Notes: generated by a model not told the origin, from the sequence alone. Counted from the whole stretch's first letter, positions 39,224 to 52,902 are shown. The stretch: DNA of 63,253 bases, filler included, from Reticulomyxa filosa (GCA_000512085.1; 24 parts of 24 records of this genome joined end to end with filler, not necessarily neighbours in it); one strand, 5' to 3'. Made by a program: numbers and translations.

Positions 39224-40950
39224 TTATCTTTGTCTTAAATTTTTGCGGTTCAGTTGTCTCTTGGTACTTTTTTTGCCAACCTTGCCTCTTGCATGTCGTT
39301 TTCTGGCATGTTTCAAGCCCAGTTTATCGGACTTCAACCTCTTATCGACATAGCGTTTCGGAGCATTTTTAGCTGGTTTGGTGCCGTCGGCAGGTCTAGC
39401 TTTTCGATTGCGTCCAGAAACCATAAGCACAGGACGCAACTTCTTTTGTTTCCTACCCAGCCTGGCATATAAGGATTGAATTTGTTTGATTTTGGATTTT
39501 TCGGACAAGTCGGTGGAGTCAGCAATGCCAACAGCTTGCCGACGTATTTTGTTCCAAGCGCGCAAGGCTCGCAACTTTTTGCGAGCTTTGGCTTCGGCGA
39601 CTTTTTTGATGGGTCTGGCGTTGATTGCTTTTAAGCGTAGGCGTTGCTCTCGCATTTCTTCTTTGGTGACAGGCAAGTTGGTTTGGTAGTGCGTCGCCTC
39701 GTCTTCGACGAACCACGAAGGCAGATTCTTTTGGTCGTCCTCAAAAGCGTAGCGATGATACGACTGATTGATAATTTCGTCCCTCGATTTCTTTTTGAGC
39801 ATGCGATGACCAAGAGCTACTGTTTCCGCCACGGCGTCGCTGTCTTCTGAAGACTCTCCTTTTTCCTCTTCTGGGGGTAGTGGCACCTCTTCAAATAAGC
39901 AGTCACGTTCAATCCTTTCTTGCTCTTCACGTTGCAAGCGACGTCGCTTATCTCGGTTCATTTTTCTGTTTGTTTGTTTTTTTCAAATTCAACAATTTGC
40001 AATGTTATTAAGGAAATACACAAATAAATATTTGATTTGATTTGATTTGATTTATGTAACTTTATTTTACGTTGCAAACGATAAGGCAAGCGCAGAACAT
40101 CGGGTAGGTCTCGTGATTTAAATGGTTTTGTATCTTTTGATTCTCCCTCTTTTTCGGAAGAAAAAGATGAAGAAGAAATGGTAATGCTACCATTTGCAGC
40201 AGCACTTGCATTTGCATCTGTTGTTGTTGTTGTTGTTGTTGAAGTGGTGGGATGATGATTTGAACCATTGGAGACTGGCTCTTGAAACGCATTATCTCCA
40301 TTGACCTCCTTCATTTCGATATCTTCTTTTTCTTTTTCTTCGTGTTCGGGGACACTTGGGGCCTGTCCAAACTCCTTTTGATACAGATCCAAGTCATACT
40401 TTTCACTGGTCTGCACATCGTCAAAAATGTTGTCAGCAAACCATCGCTGGGCGTGTTCCACCTTTTCCTGCTCCACGGCTTTCTGTTCAAAGGCGGCGGT
40501 GTTCACCACGAGTCCACCTCCCTTTTCCTTGGACTTTTTTTCGACCATTTCAACTTCGTCTTCAATGTCACTGTTCACAGGTTCAACGTCAAATTCCTCC
40601 TCGAGTTCGTGCAATCTTTTTTCGTCTTCTTCTTCTTCTTCTTCTTCGCTGTCTCCTTCATTGTTATCTTCCAGACCCACTTGCTTCACCAGCAGCTTTT
40701 CTTCAAGCTTGCTTCGGATGCCACGTCTCTGCTTATAGTTGCTGTACATTGTATTGATATTTTCTTCCAATTCTTCCAGTTCGTCTTCACTTGTCACTAT
40801 TACTTCTGCACAACCAACAACACAAACTTGTGCGTCTCGTGTCCGAGCCTGTCTCGCCTGCAAACAACAAAACTCTTGGGTTCTTCCTTTTTTTGCTTCT
40901 CGTTCATCGGCATTCCGTTGTCCTCTTGGTTCGCAAACTATGCATGTCAT
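39224..40950 (-). CDS. SPB1: Pre-rRNA 2'-O-methyltransferase Spb1/FTSJ3, C-terminal part
   Basis: YHRYAFEDDQKNLPSWFVEDEATHYQTNLPVTKEE...INARPIKKVAEAKARKK...VDKRLKSDK is the Spb1 C-terminal domain. Upstream acidic region with AQRWFADNIF. Confidence 0.93.
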
Positions 40951-41689
40951 AGCAGAACCAAGTGCGAAATTGCAAGCAGTTTATATATATATATANNNNN
41001 NNNNNNNNNNNNNNNNNNNNNNNNNNNNNNNNNNNNNNNTTAATTAATTAANNNNNNNNNNNNNNNNNNNNNNNNNNNNNNNNNNNNNNNNNNNNGTTGA
41101 TCATGTAGATAATTCACTGTGTGAATTTCTAATCTTCCAGAAGGACAAGAGAATGATATCCAAAAGATGATGTATTAAAATAAAATACGTATTACAATTT
41201 GAATGAGCAAATCATCATAAAAATGAAAAGATAAATTTATATGGCTACAAAAATATTTTTAATCATTGTTTTTTTAGTATTGAAAATGTTTTTAAATACA
41301 CTTCAAACAAAAGGGATTCAAAATGTTCAGTATTGTAAAGTTCAAAGCAAAAAATTTTTGAAAAATGAAGAGTGAAATTTTTGTGTTACCTCCGCCTATA
41401 CAATAATAAAACAAACTGAGCCAATCATAATTTCTGAACAAAATCTAATAAAACAAAGAAAAAAAGTTAAAAAGCCTTAAAAAAAATGGACACATTTGCT
41501 TACATTATTATTTATCCATTTGGGATATATTCAAGATTTAATTATGCTTCCTGTTTCGCAAAGCAGAAAAATAAATAAATGAATAATAGGTGTCTGAATA
41601 GGATACAAACTATTGTACAATTAAAAATTTTCATTTAACCTTTGTTCGAAAGTGTATCAAAATGATTTCATTATCATGAAATCAAATGG

Positions 41690-42130
41690 TTTAAATATGG
41701 AATTTTCATCAAGGAAAAACCTAATGTATTGGCAATGAACTTTGATTAGATTAATTATTACATTTTTACCAGATGAAATATGATTGTGTCGTGTTTAGGA
41801 GATGATTTGATTGTGGGATGTATATTTTGCAAAACAAATGCGAATATTAGAAGGACATTCTATTTATGTAACACGATGTCAATTTTTATTCGATGGGCTA
41901 ACTCTTGTATCGTGTTTATGGGATAAAATTGAACAATAATTGAAAAGATAGAAGGAGGACATATCAATTGTATGAATAATGTTTAATTTTCCAAATAGAC
42001 AGTTTATCATATCATCATTGAGCAATAAAACCATTATTACAGAAGATATTAAATCGGGTAAAGGATAACAATAAGAGGCTACCCTGAAGTCAAATCAGAT
42101 AATTTTTCTATTGCGTCTTGTTCAACATAT
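41690..42130 (+). pseudogene. Decayed WD40-repeat gene
   Basis: LEGHSIYVTRCQFLFDGLTLVSCLWDK and GHINCMNNV*FS fragments with stops and frameshifts. Confidence 0.7.
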
Positions 42131-42371
42131 TTTTCATCATTGTATCTTGTCCTAACATACAAAATTGAATTTGATTTTTAAAAATATTGCAAAATTTTAG
42201 AAATTTTGAATAAAGAAATTTAAGAAAGCATTAATTTTGGGAAAAACAAACAAAGTTTCTCATTTATGTCAATACTTTCATTCAGAGAAATATAAACAAA
42301 TTTCATTTATTTTAAAACACAACCAATATTTCTTCACAAATATCCAACTGTTTTTTTTTACAGTTGTTTTA

Positions 42372-43394
42372 TCATCTCTGTATCCAATGCCTTTTTTTAG
42401 GAGCAAGAATAATATCATAGAGAGTAGTATCTTGCACCTCAACACAATACCATTCTCCATTATTTTTCTTTCGAATATTATTTCGAACTTGATGTATCAT
42501 TTGATGTAATGAACAGTTATCTTTGAATCTCGAAAATACGTCTTTGATGCCTGTGCTCAAGTGTGAAAAATCTGCAACCTTATGACCTTTTGTGGTTGAC
42601 CAAATGGTGAAGAATCCATCATCATTGTGTCCATACCGCAATGGCTGTTCTCTGCCTCGCATGACCATTTTATAAGCCTTTGGAATACTATCTCCACGAC
42701 CTATATCCACAATGAATATTTTCGGACAGTTTTTGAATGCTTCAAGATTATCACAATCAAAAGAATGACGTATTTCATCAATGGAAACTCCTTTTCCATC
42801 ACTTGAGGTCAGTACATCTCCTTCATCTCCATTTGCACATAAAATGACAATCAAAGCATCATAATTCATGGAGTTTTTATGCAGTTCGCGACTAAGCATC
42901 AAATTAGAAAAAAAATCTTTGACGCCTTCTTTTGTCATACGAGCTTCTTGATTATGAACAAAGTCGTAATTCAATTCCTTTTCAAATAGATCTTTGAAAT
43001 TCACAGTGTCATCTTCTTTGATATTGGGAAGATTAGCCCACTTTTTGTTGTCATCATACTCACTAATTCCAATCATTGCCACCAAAGCATTCCTGACCAC
43101 CCGAATAGTAGTGTTTAAATTGGCAGAGAGTGAATATTTCCAACTCAATTGAAACAATGGCTGCTTTGATGTTTTAAAAGTTTGAATAACATCTTCGTCT
43201 GTTTCAATCAATTTCGCACGATCTGTGCCAATAATTTGCATAAGAAATTGCATTTTTGCCATCATTTCTAAAGTAGAGCGATCAAGTACTTTGCAAATTT
43301 TATCACACAACTCAGAGTGTGTCAGCTGACTTAAATATATACATTTTGTGGCTGTAGAATCCAATTGCACGTGTGCCATTTTCTTCTTTCTCAT
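42372..43394 (-). CDS. Caspase-like (peptidase C14 fold) protein with a substituted catalytic dyad and a PB1-like N-terminal region
   Basis: NALVAMIGISEY...D..NFKDLF..LNY, YDALIVILCANG (usual xHG), SSDG..VSIDEI...F, PKIFIVDIGRG (usual DxCRG/QACRG), DGFFTIWSTTKGH. Uninterrupted 340-codon ORF. Confidence 0.85.
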   Translation of the reverse strand: MRKKKMAHVQLDSTATKCIYLSQLTHSELCDKICKVLDRSTLEMMAKMQFLMQIIGTDRAKLIETDEDVIQTFKTSKQPLFQLSWKYSLSANLNTTIRVVRNALVAMIGISEYDDNKKWANLPNIKEDDTVNFKDLFEKELNYDFVHNQEARMTKEGVKDFFSNLMLSRELHKNSMNYDALIVILCANGDEGDVLTSSDGKGVSIDEIRHSFDCDNLEAFKNCPKIFIVDIGRGDSIPKAYKMVMRGREQPLRYGHNDDGFFTIWSTTKGHKVADFSHLSTGIKDVFSRFKDNCSLHQMIHQVRNNIRKKNNGEWYCVEVQDTTLYDIILAPKKRHWIQR

Positions 43395-46300
43395 CANNNN
43401 NNNNNNNNNNNNNNNNNNNNNNNNNNNNNNNNNNNNNNNNTTAATTAATTAANNNNNNNNNNNNNNNNNNNNNNNNNNNNNNNNNNNNNNNNNNNNGGCA
43501 TAAGTTTAAATGGATCATTTCTCAACTTTTCTGTTGATTCTATTTAGTATATGTTTGCACACACACACATACATTTCTTTTTGTTAAAACATCTTCCTTC
43601 ACATTATTTTGATACCAATTAACCTGTTGTCGTATTAAGCATTTTTTTACAAAATGTCCGAAAAATACAAATTTTTACTTTTGAGAACAGAGCTGAGTAT
43701 TTCAAAATCCATCAAATAGAGAAGAAACCCTTGATTATCGTTGTTTAAAACACGACAAAATTAATATATCATTATTAGATAGTGTTTTGTATATTTATAA
43801 ACTTTATCTCAATGAAAATATTGCATTAATTCATATAAATAACTTAGTTTCCTTTGCACCAAAATATGAAACGAAAAAGCACATAATACAGTATGTAAAT
43901 AACTAATCAAATTTTGTAATAAGTACAAGATTTCGGCAAGAATTCATTATAATTTTTTTCTCCTCTTTTGAACTATAAAACAATCTTTCTTTTGGACTCA
44001 ATAGAGCTTTTCATGAAAAAAAAAAAGATCATTTGCTATATACATCTCAAAAGTGCATGTTTTGGCATTTTGTCTATCTTAATTGAGAATAAAAACTGAT
44101 ATGTCGTCTTTAAATTTTTATTTACAGGTCAAAACCTTGGATTTTGAGATATAGTAATAAAATTGTTTACTTATGTCGACAATACTTTTTGTATTTTTAT
44201 CTAAAAATGTTTATAATCTTTTATATTTTTAATTCATAATTCTATTTAAAATTATAAAAACATATACTGTTATCATATAATTAAGAGCAAATTATGTTTT
44301 TATTATGGTTTTGATAATTATAGATGAAAACTTCATACAATACACAGCACGTAAATATCCGTTGAAGGATTCAATGCGTATGTTGTTATCAACATCGCAC
44401 AAACAAACTGCAGTATCATTATAATCCAGAACAAATGATATGTGAATCATCAAATTTTATAGTATCAATGCTATTCACACAGCTTGTATGTACAGTGAAT
44501 GTATTGATTAATTTGGATGATGAATAAAACGTGTCAAACATGAAGACAGAAGATACCTATGTTAAATAAACATTTGATTANNNNNNNNNNNNNNNNNNNN
44601 NNNNNNNNNNNNNNNNNNNNNNNNTTAATTAATTAANNNNNNNNNNNNNNNNNNNNNNNNNNNNNNNNNNNNNNNNNNNNGAAAAGAGTTACTATGTGTT
44701 CTGCTGAAACACGAATTAAACGAAGTTAGTAAGGTACTAGCCCTTTTGTATCGAATGATCATCAATAGTCAGTCCTGTGTTTTTTTGCTTGGAATTGGAT
44801 TAATTGGAGTGCTATTGGCAAATGCTTGGCTTCAGAATTTGTGGTATTACTTTGAAGGGATGCATCATTTTTTCCAGTGAATATGAACACGTACAAATAT
44901 TGACAACAAAACAAGCAAAGACAAAGCTCGAATAATGACAAGCTTGTCCAAGAATGGAATCAATATCAAAGCGCATGTACTTGAGTTTGGACTGCCGTTA
45001 CATTGTCTTGGAAGAAATAGAAGTAAATCCCGCACCGTCCAAAAATAAAAAACCAAACATACTGACAAATTGCCGATCGTTGGAAAAATTGGTGTCAATG
45101 ACGTGAGTTATTTGCATCGATTTACTGATGACTCCAATGATGCGTCTGCTAATATATCACAGACGGACCGCTTTTTACATGACTATCCTCCATCCCTTTC
45201 CAATGCCATTACCCTTATTCATAATTGTTTTGAAGCCACAACCATCTGTTAATACAAATCCTACCTCCCCTTCTGTTTCTTTGTTGTCAAGCTACACCTT
45301 TTCCAGTGACGTCCCTGTGTGTTTATAGTCACTCAAATGCAGGAAGAGTCCATCAATTGGGTCGGATTGAAACAACTTATTGGTTGAAACATTAGAGCTT
45401 TCCAAAGTTCCAATCCTTGCTGAAGAAATATTGTGTGGTATTAACGAAACAACAAAAGATATGGGCGTGCAAATACATTTCACAGTTGTATAAACTTTGT
45501 GAGATTTGATATGCTCAAGAAATCCACAAATCATCACAAGAAAGTATTACACGCTCGTATCTTTAGTAGGAGTGTGTACAAATGAAACAAGCAATGTTCA
45601 ACTATTTATATCAACTGTAAATGGTGAACAATGCCTTATGTCAATCGTCGATTAATATCAATATTGGTTTTTTTCAAAGTGAGATGGAATTGGATAAAAT
45701 GGAATGGAATAAAAAATCAACCAAATTCACAATCAATATTTAATATTTTTGTTGAGATTTGAATGTTAAGTAATGTGTGTTATATATACTCTTTATTTTC
45801 TTTTTTTCTATATGATATGCCAATATTATATTGATTAATACAAAACAAAATAGCCAAAGAAGTGCATAATCCCATCTCTTTTCCAGCACAAAATTGTTAC
45901 TGAAATGAGCAGAACAACGTGTGTTTTGTTGCCCTTTTTTTTGTTGTCTACACTGTTATTTTTTGCATAGGTAAAATCATTTTAGTTTGAAAACCCCTTC
46001 TGCTTTGTTTTGTTTTTTCAATTATTTCTGCCTTTCCAGTCTGCCGTTCATCGATAAATCGTCTTGAAACAAATTTTATAAATCATATTTATTAAGAAGA
46101 TCAAATATTTGAACACCTAAATTAACACAATGTCTCTTTAGTGATTAACAATGGAAAAGATAGTCTTGTCACTGTGTACAATGGCTAATTTCTTCACGTG
46201 TGATTGCCAGGTTTTTCACTTGTGATACTTAAAAGATTTACAATACCTCGATATCGCATATCTGAGTATGTTTTGGACTAGAAAAAGTAGTTTGAAAGAT

Positions 46301-47019
46301 CTGGAACGGACATAAGGCAAAGAAAGTGTAGCTAGCAATAAGATTTGTGATAGGAAAGAGCCAGTTAGTTGAATAAAATGAAGTAGCGACAGATGATGTT
46401 TCATTCTTTTTTGACCGTTGATTAAGCAGCTTTCTTTTGAAAAAAGGGAGCCACGTGACGTTAGTTTGTTATCAAAGTACGTGTCAGCATTGACGGGTGG
46501 GCATATGAACGAGTTGGTGAAGACATTGAACTTTGTGTGACATGTTTTTTAATGAGGGACTCGATGTTCATTGATAGAGTTTTTTTTATAGTTTAGTTTT
46601 TTTGCCGTTCATCAATATGTCACCAAGACAACAGCAAGTCTGTTCACTTTTCTTTGATTAGTTTCTGCTTGTGATTGTTCGTCTTCTTCGTTGGTACGCC
46701 TTTTTCAGTACTTGTTAAATCATGTGTATATCAAGAATGTTTTCTTGAGACGCTACAAAAAGAAAACTAGTTGTAGAAATACCGAAATTGTACACAACAT
46801 TCCGTTTGACAGCTTTTTACTTTCACAAAAAAAAGTTCTAAAAAAATACTCTAAAAAACTTTAAACAAACCCCCTCCTAATCTTTTCAACATTCGAACGA
46901 AAATTAATGCTGAGCAACCAGAAAGGGAAAGAAGAAGATCTTCTTGCTGAAACTTCAAGATGAAGAAAAAGAAGACAACAAAGAAAAACACAAGACAAAA
47001 GCAAAAAAACAGAAAAAGC

Positions 47020-47300
47020 TTTGATGAATGAATTAAATGGTGAAAATAGAGATATTTATAGTTGGTGTATAAAATCACTTGATACAATTTCAACGAAATA
47101 ACTAAAAAAAGTTATTGATTCTTTCATAAATGGATTGAAATGTGAAGATGGATCATATGCAAATTACTTGGAGTGATTTCAACTGAATTAACTAATGAAC
47201 AGCTGGCAAAAAAAAATTAGGACACATCAATCAAACCATAGTCCTTATTAAGATTTTCAAGTTTATTTAAAGTGTCAAAGAGATTGATCATGAATGGGTT
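47020..47300 (+). pseudogene. Decayed HEAT/PBS-lyase-like repeat fragment
   Basis: LMNELNGENRDIYSWCIKSLDTISTK*LKKVIDSFINGLKCED follows the L.NGL.D....R..C..SL..IS repeat pattern, with stops. Confidence 0.55.
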
Positions 47301-48597
47301 CAATTCTATTTTATGCTGATATGCTTTATTTTCAAGTGGCCCCCTTAATTTTTTTTTTTTTTATGAAACATCCTTTTTTTGTACCAGATATAAGATCAAT
47401 GCAATTACCCGAGGCAAATAATAACTTTGTTTGAACAATAATCATTTGCCATTTGTCACTTCTCCTATTGGCATTTCAATTGGATCAATTTCGATTTATT
47501 AAACACTCCATTTTATTGGTATGTAGTATACATTTTCTTGATTTGTATTCAAATCTGAAATGGGGTAAAAGTGATGACCAAAATAAAAAAAGAAAAGGGA
47601 AATGAATGTTGCTGTTTCATGACAATTGAAGATTTTATATTGGATATATGAAAATGGTAATGTGTTTGAATATCTGCAATAGTATGGATTTTATAAAAAT
47701 CTCTTTTGGTCACCTTTTCTTTCTGGTGATAAACTATAACGCACACTGACAAAAGAANNNNNNNNNNNNNNNNNNNNNNNNNNNNNNNNNNNNNNNNNNN
47801 NTTAATTAATTAANNNNNNNNNNNNNNNNNNNNNNNNNNNNNNNNNNNNNNNNNNNNTTTTTTATTTTATATATACTAGAGATCGTGGGGAAGTCCGAAT
47901 CTGTAATCAGAATTCTTCTACGATGAATACAATTCAATATCAGCTCATTGCAAGATCATTACATGAAACTGGAGTTGCTTTGTCATTTAAGTTTTACATT
48001 GTTGTTCACATTCAACATTACTTGTTTGTATATTGTCGATATTTTGCTTGAAGCTTTGGACTTTATATGCAACTGATACTGATCATATGCTGGAGTGGAA
48101 AAGCACGTTTTAAGAAAAGTAAGAATGCGTTTTTGAACTTAAATTAAAAAAGAAACAATTTTGTATATTTGGAGTCACTACATAAGATCTAAAAAAAATT
48201 TCATATTTTAAAAAAATTATTGTTGGCTAATATATTTTAAGTCAAATTACTACTTATTGTTGATAATGTTCAATTCTTACACTGAACACATGCAAAACGA
48301 TTACAATAGTAGCGACAAAAGAATGATGTTATACATAACTTCAATTATATTTCAGAAGTATTAGTATCATATGTTTGTCAAAGTATATAGATACACTTCG
48401 AAGAAAGAGTTTTATTAAAGGTGCCTGCGGTCACGCTTTTGAAATGTCAGTGTTAACATTATGAATGAAGTGCAAAGATTCTAATAGTTGGTAACCTCAA
48501 CCGTCAAAATCCACAACAATTTTCAAAGTCATATTATAGGAGAATGTCAAAGGAAACGTGATTTTTTTTTTCTCTTCAAATATTTGTTAATTGCCGT

Positions 48598-49495
48598 TTA
48601 AGATGATTGTTCGTCGGTATTATCATTTTTGGTGGTCTCTGCTGTTGTTGTGGCAGGTGATGTACCCACAGTTTCGGTGTTAGTAGAATTAGAATTGTGC
48701 TCCGTCGATTCCGTTTTATTTTCTTTTTTTCAATTCAGCGTCTTTCTTCATAGCTTTTTGCATTTTTTGAAAAAAAGCTCTATCGGAACTTTTTTCATCT
48801 TTCTCCAACAACTTCAATTCCTTTTCAACAGCTTTGTCTTTACCACCCATTAACTCCTGTGTTTTTATCAAGTCTGTACGCGCTAACTCATGCAAACTCA
48901 AATGTCGATATGCTTTTGCACGACGAAACAATGCTTTAACATTCTTATCGTCATGCTTTAATACCTATTATTTTTGTGGCAACACATACAACGTTCCTTT
49001 CTTAACCGTCACGGTATATCGCATGTGTCAAATAAACAACACAACTTGACAACAACTCTCCACGCATTCTTCCCAATTATTCAAATTCGAATGAGCGGCG
49101 GCCATGTTGTTGAATGCAACCAGTCTCAATTCATCGCATTTTATTTCCTTTGTTCGAATAATAAAAATAAAAAAAAACAACTGACAATAATAACAAAACA
49201 AGATAAATGGGGACAACCAGAGGGTCTTTTTCTTTGGATGGGCCTTGGCCTGTGAGTGCGCCTAGTTGCATCGATGGATTCATTCCCAAATAACTTAACA
49301 TCTGTGCCATCATCGTCAAACAATTTTGCTTTAGTTGAATGTTGGTTTGTCTTTTGCACTTTTGGTGTCCTCAACTTTGGAATAGTTTTTTAGGGCTGTT
49401 TTGTTGTCTCCATTTAGAAACGCCTTGTTTCCTTCTTCTTTAAACTTTAACGCCAGCTCGTAATTTTGCTGAAATCTGGACTGTGTTTGGTGCAT
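48598..49495 (-). CDS. TTC9/FKBP-type TPR protein (4 exons, no PPIase domain seen)
   Basis: ALKFKEEGNKAFLNGDNKTALKNY, LVAFNNMAAAHSNLNNWEECVESCCQ|VLKHDDKNVKALFRRAKAY..L...ARTDL. The stop is at 48716, or at 48598 if a 1-nt homopolymer error is assumed. Confidence 0.85.
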
Positions 49496-50013
49496 CAACA
49501 AACGCATACTGGTCAGACATCTGTCAGATCAATCAATACAAACAAGGAACATACCATATCTTTTGATGCCATTCAAATCAAATGTAGGGCCCTTTCCTTT
49601 CAAAGTTCCGTTAACGTTGTAACCTAAGCCAAAGACTGGTGTGAAGAAGAATTCAAATAGTACCTCGAATTAAGATTGACATCAAGATCCGATTTTTGCA
49701 AACAAAAAAAGTATGACAAGATCTCCAAAAAACAAAAAAATGCATATCAAATCCGAGAAACTGGTTATTCACTTTACAACATTGCTGACTATGTTATGAA
49801 CAACAGCAGTCAAATATCTGGCACTCTCTTTAAAGTAACAGTCAACAACTTGGAAACAAGGTGTTAGGAACAGATAAGGTGTTTGTTTTTTGGGAGGGGA
49901 AAGCACGGTCATGTTTTTTGAAATCTGCAAGGAGAATCAATATCTCATTTAGGCAAGTAACTTAGTATTTACCTCTCTCTCTGTTCCCTTCGTGTGATTT
50001 TGCGGAAGTATCA

Positions 50014-50667
50014 ATGACAAGCACACAAAAAGTACGGCCGGGAGCCGCTAGTGCAAGTCGGCCGGACACGCTGAAAAAGTTTACTTACAAGCAAATTCAA
50101 GAAAAGGTAGCAGAGCGATGGCAAATGCCAGAATACTACGACATATTGATGGAAGCAGCAGTAAAAGAAGACGAAGATGGAGTGTTGTTTAACCTGAAGC
50201 ATCCCTCTTTCCAAGTAAAAAAAAAGCAAAAAAGCAAAAAAGCAGTACCCATTTGGAAAATGATTTGTGACAACAAGCCAATGGGCAAACAAATGAAACA
50301 AATAAAATACAGAAATTGGTGACATTAGTGAAAGACTACGAAGACCGTATCCAACAAGAAAAAACAAAACGTTTGAAGAAGCATGCAGCAAAGACAAAAT
50401 CATCAGAAGACTCGTCGTCAATTTCATCAGTTTTTCCTATTTGTTTGTGTGTACATACATACACAAATGGCCAAAGTATGAAAAAGAGAGAGAGAGAGAG
50501 AGAGTAACTTGGTGGGGAAAAGGAAGAAGCGTCCAGTATGTCGCAACTGGTGTCTCGACCCGAGATCAGCAGCAGCGCGAGTGTTCTGACCGACGGCGGG
50601 TTGAGTTACGCGTCAAGCATGACAAGACAAAGCAGTCACGGGAGTGGCAACGACACAGGATCAACGA

Positions 50668-50698
<31 letters not shown>

Positions 50699-50877
50699 AG
50701 CAGCCGAGATGCATCGCAAAAAGACCTCACGACAGGTCTTGCAGTCCACAAAAGCGCAAACGGACTGGATCAATGTCTTGAAGGAGCAGCTGTCCTTATC
50801 TCGTCCAAATTCTAAAGTAGTCAAAGACGCCTGCAAACACATTGATATTAGTTATGTTCTGTGCACTTGCAAATATG

Positions 50878-50918
<41 letters not shown>

Positions 50919-51706
50919 GTACATATATATGTATATGTATATATATTATAAAGGCACTCTCAAACAAATGAGAAGCAGCATTTGGAAAATTCTGCTGAAT
51001 GTTCCAAACCGAAAAGTACAAATGGAAAACGAGTGCGTGAATTACAGAAAAGAAATGGAAGCCGAAGACAAGACAAGCCAAAAGAAACATGGGAAAGCAA
51101 AAGCGACCAACAAGCAAGCATCAAACTATTCGCTTGCAAGCGAGCCATTGAGTCATGGCGCCGGCACGGGCAATGCAATGCTTGCCTCCGCGTCGGCCCC
51201 TGTTCTCAGCATCGGCAGCAACGAGGAGAGTGGTGTGGAGGACAGCAGCGGCAACGAGTCGACCAAACCGACGCACAAATTGGAGGCCAACATTATCTTA
51301 CACCCTTTGCGATCCAATCCGCCTCCTCTGTACAACCAAAGGGTCATCCAAGCCGATGTCGAGCGCACTCGCCCTTTGCTGAAGTGCTTTCAGGACGCGA
51401 CCGTGCGACGCGAAATGGAGATCATTTTGACCGAGTACTGTCATCGCTATCACGTCAGCTACAAGCAAGGCATGAACTACATCTTGGCGCCCTTCTTCAT
51501 GGTCGGCATGAGTCAACGCGACGAAATCTTTTTGTGCTTCCGAGCCTTCATGGAGCAGTATCTGCACTCCACCTTCAACGACGAAGAGTTTGGGTCGTTG
51601 CAATGTATCTTCCGTCTGTTCCGATTGTTGGGTCAATACCACGACCCATCTCTGAGTGTCTTTTTGGATCAGTATGAAATTGTTCCTGAAGTTCATTTAC
51701 ATATAC

Positions 51707-51740
<34 letters not shown>
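50014..51740 (+). CDS. TBC-domain Rab-GAP, TBC1D23-like, 5' part
   Basis: RSSIWKILL, NQRVIQADVERTRP (R finger), ILTEYC...SYKQGMNYILAPF (Q finger) and FRLFRLLGQYHDPSLSVFLDQYEIVPE. Confidence 0.9.
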
Positions 51741-52902
51741 NNNNNNNNNNNNNNNNNNNNNNNNNNNNNNNNNNNNNNNNNNNNTTAATTAATTAANNNN
51801 NNNNNNNNNNNNNNNNNNNNNNNNNNNNNNNNNNNNNNNNGTAGAAACCTATAAGCTCTCTCTATTTTTATACAACTTTTCATTATATACCATCGCGTTG
51901 CGGCATCTTTTGAATCTTTTTTCCCATTGTCCTGTCTTTTTTTTTTTTTTTAAGCAAAAAAAAAAAAAAATACAAGCAATACTTTGTCGTTTTAACACAA
52001 ACAAAAATTATCAATACAAAATTTATTTCATGTTTAAATCGATCTCCAAAGAATTCCTTCCGCATTTTTTTATTGCTGAGCAATTTTTCTTTCTTCCTAA
52101 TTTTATCGATTTTGACTCGTTTTAAAAATTGTTTGTAAAAAAAAAAAGTATGTTTTATATCTCGGTTCGACTGTTTATTGACGCAAAGCTAATGCAAAAA
52201 AAAAAAAATCTCTTTTCTTTCTTTTATATCTTCTTTTAGCAAGTCCTAATGACAAATTATGAGCCGAACAGAAAAGAGGCATAGCAAAAGTGATAAACAT
52301 GTCCTCTTTTCATTAGATGTTATACATACTCATCCGAACAACTTGTTTTAATCTTTTCACACCACAGAAAATGTCTCAGAGTACTGAACAACAAAATCAT
52401 TTACATGCTTATGCTATTGAAATCTTGTCGAACAAAAAGTCCAAGCCGACAATCAAAACATCCCACATCTGCTCAACGCAGCTCGTTCTCATCAAAGTCT
52501 TCCCTTGGAAATCATACTGTCGTTCCCTACTCTCCAAGGGTTAGAGAAACGAGAAGTGGTTCCGTTCAGCACAACCCCAAAACGTGGAAATATTAAGCGA
52601 GTAGGTGATAAAAAAAAGCAACTTAAATAGCTGAAAACATAGGGTGTGATCTACACAAAGTTTGATATTTTTTTTAATTTGAAATTCAAAAGGATTTTGC
52701 GTTATTCGCACAACAGTCCAATGTTCCAATTCGATTGTTTCTTGTAAAAAAATACAAAATTTGCATTAAGAAAGACTACAAAAAAACTTAATGGAAAAAA
52801 TAAAGTACTAAAGATAAATGAAGCTTACAACCAAAAACTAAACAAAAAGTTCTAGATGAAGAGTTTTTCACTCTTTTTTTTGTTTCCTCTCCCCATGGTA
52901 AA

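Noticed and set aside
37275-43394. Functional gene cluster of the Ubl-dioxygenase, SPB1 and pseudo-caspase
   Set aside because: The three genes are on different contigs separated by artificial linkers.
44681-46600. Coding-like composition suggesting a retroelement or enzyme remnant
   Set aside because: Frames are heavily interrupted and no RT, integrase or other diagnostic motif could be identified.
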